Source: Hyphochytrium catenoides (lineage: Eukaryota > Protista > Hyphochytriomycota). Taken from it: a stretch of 39,307 nt of DNA. Under the pieces are notes generated by a model. It had not been told where the DNA came from. It did not search any database and saw only the letters and a list, made by a program, of their open reading frames with translations. A program made the position numbers and the translations under genes. Of the stretch, positions 36,064 to 39,307 are shown piece after piece; position 1 is the first letter of the stretch; every line of letters starts with the position of its first letter. The stretch is taken from positions 1 through 39,307 of the forward strand of contig FLMG01001239.1 of assembly GCA_900088475.1 (NCBI GenBank), in the 5' to 3' direction.

Positions 36064-36527
36064 AGGTCGTCGGCAGCCGTCCTGCTGCTCTGGTGGAGCA
36101 GTGCAGCGAGGGTCCAGGCCTGCTGTCAGTGTCCAGAAGCCAGGGCGGTCTGCATGATGAGAAGCTGGGTACGGGAACCAACGAACTTTGGCCAATCATG
36201 GTGACTGACGCGGCAGTGACTGTTTATCGCGGTTGAGGACCCAAAGGTTATGGTGGCCAAGTGACAGATCTCCACTACCTATAGCTCCATCACCCTACCT
36301 GAGGTTGCTACCTTCAGCGTGAATCTCCACACATGTTTGAGAAGGACGAGACGCCAAGAGAAACAGAAATCACTGGCTCATCTTCATGGCCCGGCGGGGA
36401 GTGGTACATTATTGGCGCCGCTTCGGTGGTGGTCTTCCTGCTGATAGCGCTCGGGTACAGGTCCGGCAGCAAGTTCTATAGACAGGTCGGAGCAGCAGGT
36501 CACGCTGGTTACTCTCCAATCCCTTAA
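36064..36527 (+). CDS. Small type I membrane protein (5' exon and start unresolved)
   Basis: Putative exon about 36064-36168 (SAAVLLLWWSSAARVQACCQCPEARAVCMMRSW) joins in phase 0 to 36318-36527 (RESPHMFEK...WYIIGAASVVVFLLIALGY...AGYSPIP-TAA). Confidence 0.5.
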
Positions 36528-37108
36528 GTCTTTGGAAGAAGGACCGGCGATGTCGATGGATAACACAGCTGGCTTCAGATGACCCATCTGACGCTAGCTA
36601 CTACTCGCATGCACGGCGTCCTCCCAACCTAGCCCTTGTTGGAGGTAGAAGAGCCTGGCTACGTTGAGACGTCCTATATGAACATCCAGACTGGGCTCTC
36701 GATGGGCTGCAGGTTAGCTCAAGGATCGCTGTAGAAGTTGCACTTCCAGTCTGCAGTAGGAGCAAGGACAGTCCTGGTGAGGGTAGTAAAGGCTAAATTG
36801 ATAGCTTTATCAATCGGAAGCTAGACGCCTAGAGCAGGACAAGCGAGCCAAGGTAAGGCATCTCGATAATAGCTAGGACCTTAAGTCTTTCCCGTTTTCG
36901 AAAGGAAGGGCCAAATCAGCTTTCTTCTCTCTCTCGCCGAGTAGATATCACTTAGCACTTGAGAGGAGAAAAACTACGGACGGGCTGGCAAGTGATCATG
37001 ATAAAAGCGACTACTTATCAACATAGAATATCTAAACGACTCTCTCGTGTACCCATATCTCTCTCAGCGGCGGTCACCTTCTTGGTCTCCCGCGGCAAAA
37101 ATTTATCA

Positions 37109-38884
37109 TTAAGCTCTCCCGTTCATTGAAGAATGTGCCCTAGCGGCTTGTTCCTCCTTCCTTGCCTTTTCAATGCCATCCAGGTTGATCTCTGAAAGCA
37201 GTGCTGGATCATTATTTACAGATTTGAACATCGCCGGGTCGAAGATGCCGTTTGGTGCAAGGAACTTCGCCATCCGGTCGATGGCGATGACAGCGAGTAC
37301 AGTCTGTACATACGCGTCCACCAAGTCATCCAAGCCCATTCCTAGTGTGTTAAAGTCCTTACGGTCCATCAGAAGCAGACGGCCGCTTTCAGTATCGAAG
37401 AGTCCTTCGCCCTTCTTCACGCTAAGATTCGTGCCTAGCATCTCCCAGGATGTCGGACCATTCGGGTCTAATCTATCGGCAAGAGGTGCACGAGCTCTTC
37501 TTGCATAGATTCCAACGGGTTTAAAGCCTCCATCGGAGAGAGGATCACTGCTAACCATCATCCTAAGGTCTGCTACGAATATGTTGCCCTTCTTGTCCGG
37601 CATTGTGCCTGTGTGATACATCTTCCGGGTAGGTCCGGGCCCGTCGAATAAGTGTGAAGACCACTTGTGGTTGCTGATAAGAGATTGAACAATAAAGAGA
37701 TCGTACTTCTGATCTTTCTCCTTCTCAATGAACTCCTCCAGCTCTCTCTCGTTGGTGATAGTGTAGACGCCCTGGCCTGCATTGCTGTAAGGAATTTTCA
37801 CCACTGCGTGTCCTCCAAGCCTCCGGACCCACTCGGGAATAGCCTCAAATTTGACGTCACGAATGGTCAGAGGGGTACGAATGCGAAGGCCTGATGCTTG
37901 AAGCTCTACGTTGTAATTATCGTAGGCTTTAGCTGCCACCATTTTGTTCCTGCCGCCTGCCAAGCAAGATATAGAAGGGTTGGCAATAAGGGTCTTCGTA
38001 TGAAGAGGAATGCGACACCATGGTCTCTGTGTCACATAGCGCCAAGCAGCGCGGATAGGTCTCCAGCCTTGCTTCCCAGAGCTCGTCTCCAGGGGATTTC
38101 GGATGTATAAGACGCCATCCACAAACTTCGTCATTGCCTGGTCCTCGCCAGCTAAAAAGCGATCGTCTATGCAAGGGACCAAATAGACACTCTCGTTGGT
38201 TAGGTCAGCTAAGGCGGCCGCGTAGCCGGAGGCTTCCATGTAGTTCTTGTCATAAATGACGGCGAGCTCGCCATTGGGCAGCGAACCATCGGCTTCTCTC
38301 TTGCGAAGCACGGGCATGAATGTCCGCTGCAGCAATATCCGATAACCGCCTTCTTCTTCCATTTCCTCAAAGAGTGGAGTGCTCTTTTGGCCGGAAGCAC
38401 AAGTGTTCGTCTCGATAACCACCATATCCCGCCGTCCTAGCTCGCTGGTGGTATGCATGAGGTCGCATCCTGCCCAGAGCATGTACTGGGGCCGGTAAGA
38501 GAGAGCTTCGTGAAGTACAACGGGGTCAACTTCAGGGTGATTATGGCAAAACCGCTTGCAGATCCGCTCTTTGGAGAGGCCCATGAAGTACCGCACTGTT
38601 GGATGAATCTGGGAGTTCAAAGCACGAGGGTAGAAGTGCCGCTCTGGCTCGAAGGTGTTTGCTTTGACGATTTCGAAGGGTAGCTTGGCCTTTTTAGGAC
38701 TTGCTGGGCCTGCAGCATCGGATCCCATAGGACTAGTCACCGATGTATCTCGAGGTTGCCCATCTTTGATCTCCAGATGGCCGTCAGACTCAATTCCTGT
38801 CTTCAGGATCTTTTGGGGCCGGGATGAAGAGGTGGGACTGACCGGCCGTCCAGATTTGGTCTCTACAGGTTCTAAGACCATCAT
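37109..38884 (-). CDS. Intronless ATP-grasp-fold ligase of circularly permuted type, function unknown
   Basis: About 590-aa uninterrupted ORF (first ATG 38884; the track starts at GTG 38902). ATP-grasp motifs GRNKMVA, AVVKIPYSNAGQGVY, FIVQSLI, ADLRMMV, GTNLS, with the metal-binding D and ExN (GCDL...VVIETNT) placed N-terminally. Confidence 0.85.
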   Translation of the reverse strand: MMVLEPVETKSGRPVSPTSSSRPQKILKTGIESDGHLEIKDGQPRDTSVTSPMGSDAAGPASPKKAKLPFEIVKANTFEPERHFYPRALNSQIHPTVRYFMGLSKERICKRFCHNHPEVDPVVLHEALSYRPQYMLWAGCDLMHTTSELGRRDMVVIETNTCASGQKSTPLFEEMEEEGGYRILLQRTFMPVLRKREADGSLPNGELAVIYDKNYMEASGYAAALADLTNESVYLVPCIDDRFLAGEDQAMTKFVDGVLYIRNPLETSSGKQGWRPIRAAWRYVTQRPWCRIPLHTKTLIANPSISCLAGGRNKMVAAKAYDNYNVELQASGLRIRTPLTIRDVKFEAIPEWVRRLGGHAVVKIPYSNAGQGVYTITNERELEEFIEKEKDQKYDLFIVQSLISNHKWSSHLFDGPGPTRKMYHTGTMPDKKGNIFVADLRMMVSSDPLSDGGFKPVGIYARRARAPLADRLDPNGPTSWEMLGTNLSVKKGEGLFDTESGRLLLMDRKDFNTLGMGLDDLVDAYVQTVLAVIAIDRMAKFLAPNGIFDPAMFKSVNNDPALLSEINLDGIEKARKEEQAARAHSSMNGRA

Positions 38885-39307
38885 TCCACCTTCGGTTGAC
38901 ACTTTCAGGTGCCTCTGCGCTGATTGCGTTCTTTCCTTCCAAGCGAAGCGAGAAAGCTCAATCTAGAGTATAAATCGCCAACTGTCTACTATTCTTTTCC
39001 TGGTAACAGACGTTCCAGTGTGATTCACTTGATGAGAACGAGCTGCTTGTCTCCTAATACCAGCGTTCACGTCGGTAAACCATATAAAGATAAAAGGGAC
39101 CAGCACCCGCTGGCAGGCGCAGTGACCGAGCAAAGGATCCTCTGCGAAGGACAAGGTTATCTTACGAGAAAAACTCTTGGCGTTCAGTGCTACACAGTTC
39201 TCACGCTGCTCCTACTTTATAGATGGCAGGAGAGTTCCAAAACGTCCTCCGGGTTCTTATCCAGACCCTGACCAGTGCCGGAGAATCAGATGTGAAGGCA
39301 GGAGCAA

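Noticed and set aside
38924-39271. 115-aa plus-strand ORF upstream of the ATP-grasp gene
   Set aside because: Non-ATG start, no motifs; probably promoter/UTR sequence.
1-39307. Alternative genetic code, or a functional gene cluster/operon
   Set aside because: All three stops terminate well-supported genes and spliced CDSs have no internal stops. Neighbouring genes are functionally unrelated.

Overview
Eukaryotic, intron-rich genomic DNA of roughly balanced GC, read with the standard code (TAA, TAG and TGA all end genes) and canonical GT-AG introns. It is probably from a flagellated protist, with a stramenopile-like gene complement (inference). By manual splicing I can support about 12 genes: a large disordered protein with a presequence-like N-terminus and TM; an RBR-type E3 ligase broken by a 57-N gap; an intronless bacterial-type DUF1348 (NTF2/SnoaL-like) gene; a purple/ACP5-type acid phosphatase; a small N-anchored acidic protein; a multi-TM RING-H2 E3 ligase; a CPA1 Na+/H+ exchanger; a Zn-dependent HDAC-family deacetylase; a Dpy-30/GAF radial-spoke RSP2-like protein; Mediator subunit MED28, which is fragmented in the ORF track; a small type I membrane protein; and an intronless circularly permuted ATP-grasp ligase. 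I found no CRISPR, tRNA, rRNA or intact transposon, and no convincing multi-gene novel system. The best leads are the two intronless prokaryote-like enzymes, the atypical RBR ligase and a duplicated bipartite motif in a divergent promoter. Family assignments come from motif recognition, not database searches, and exon boundaries are manual.
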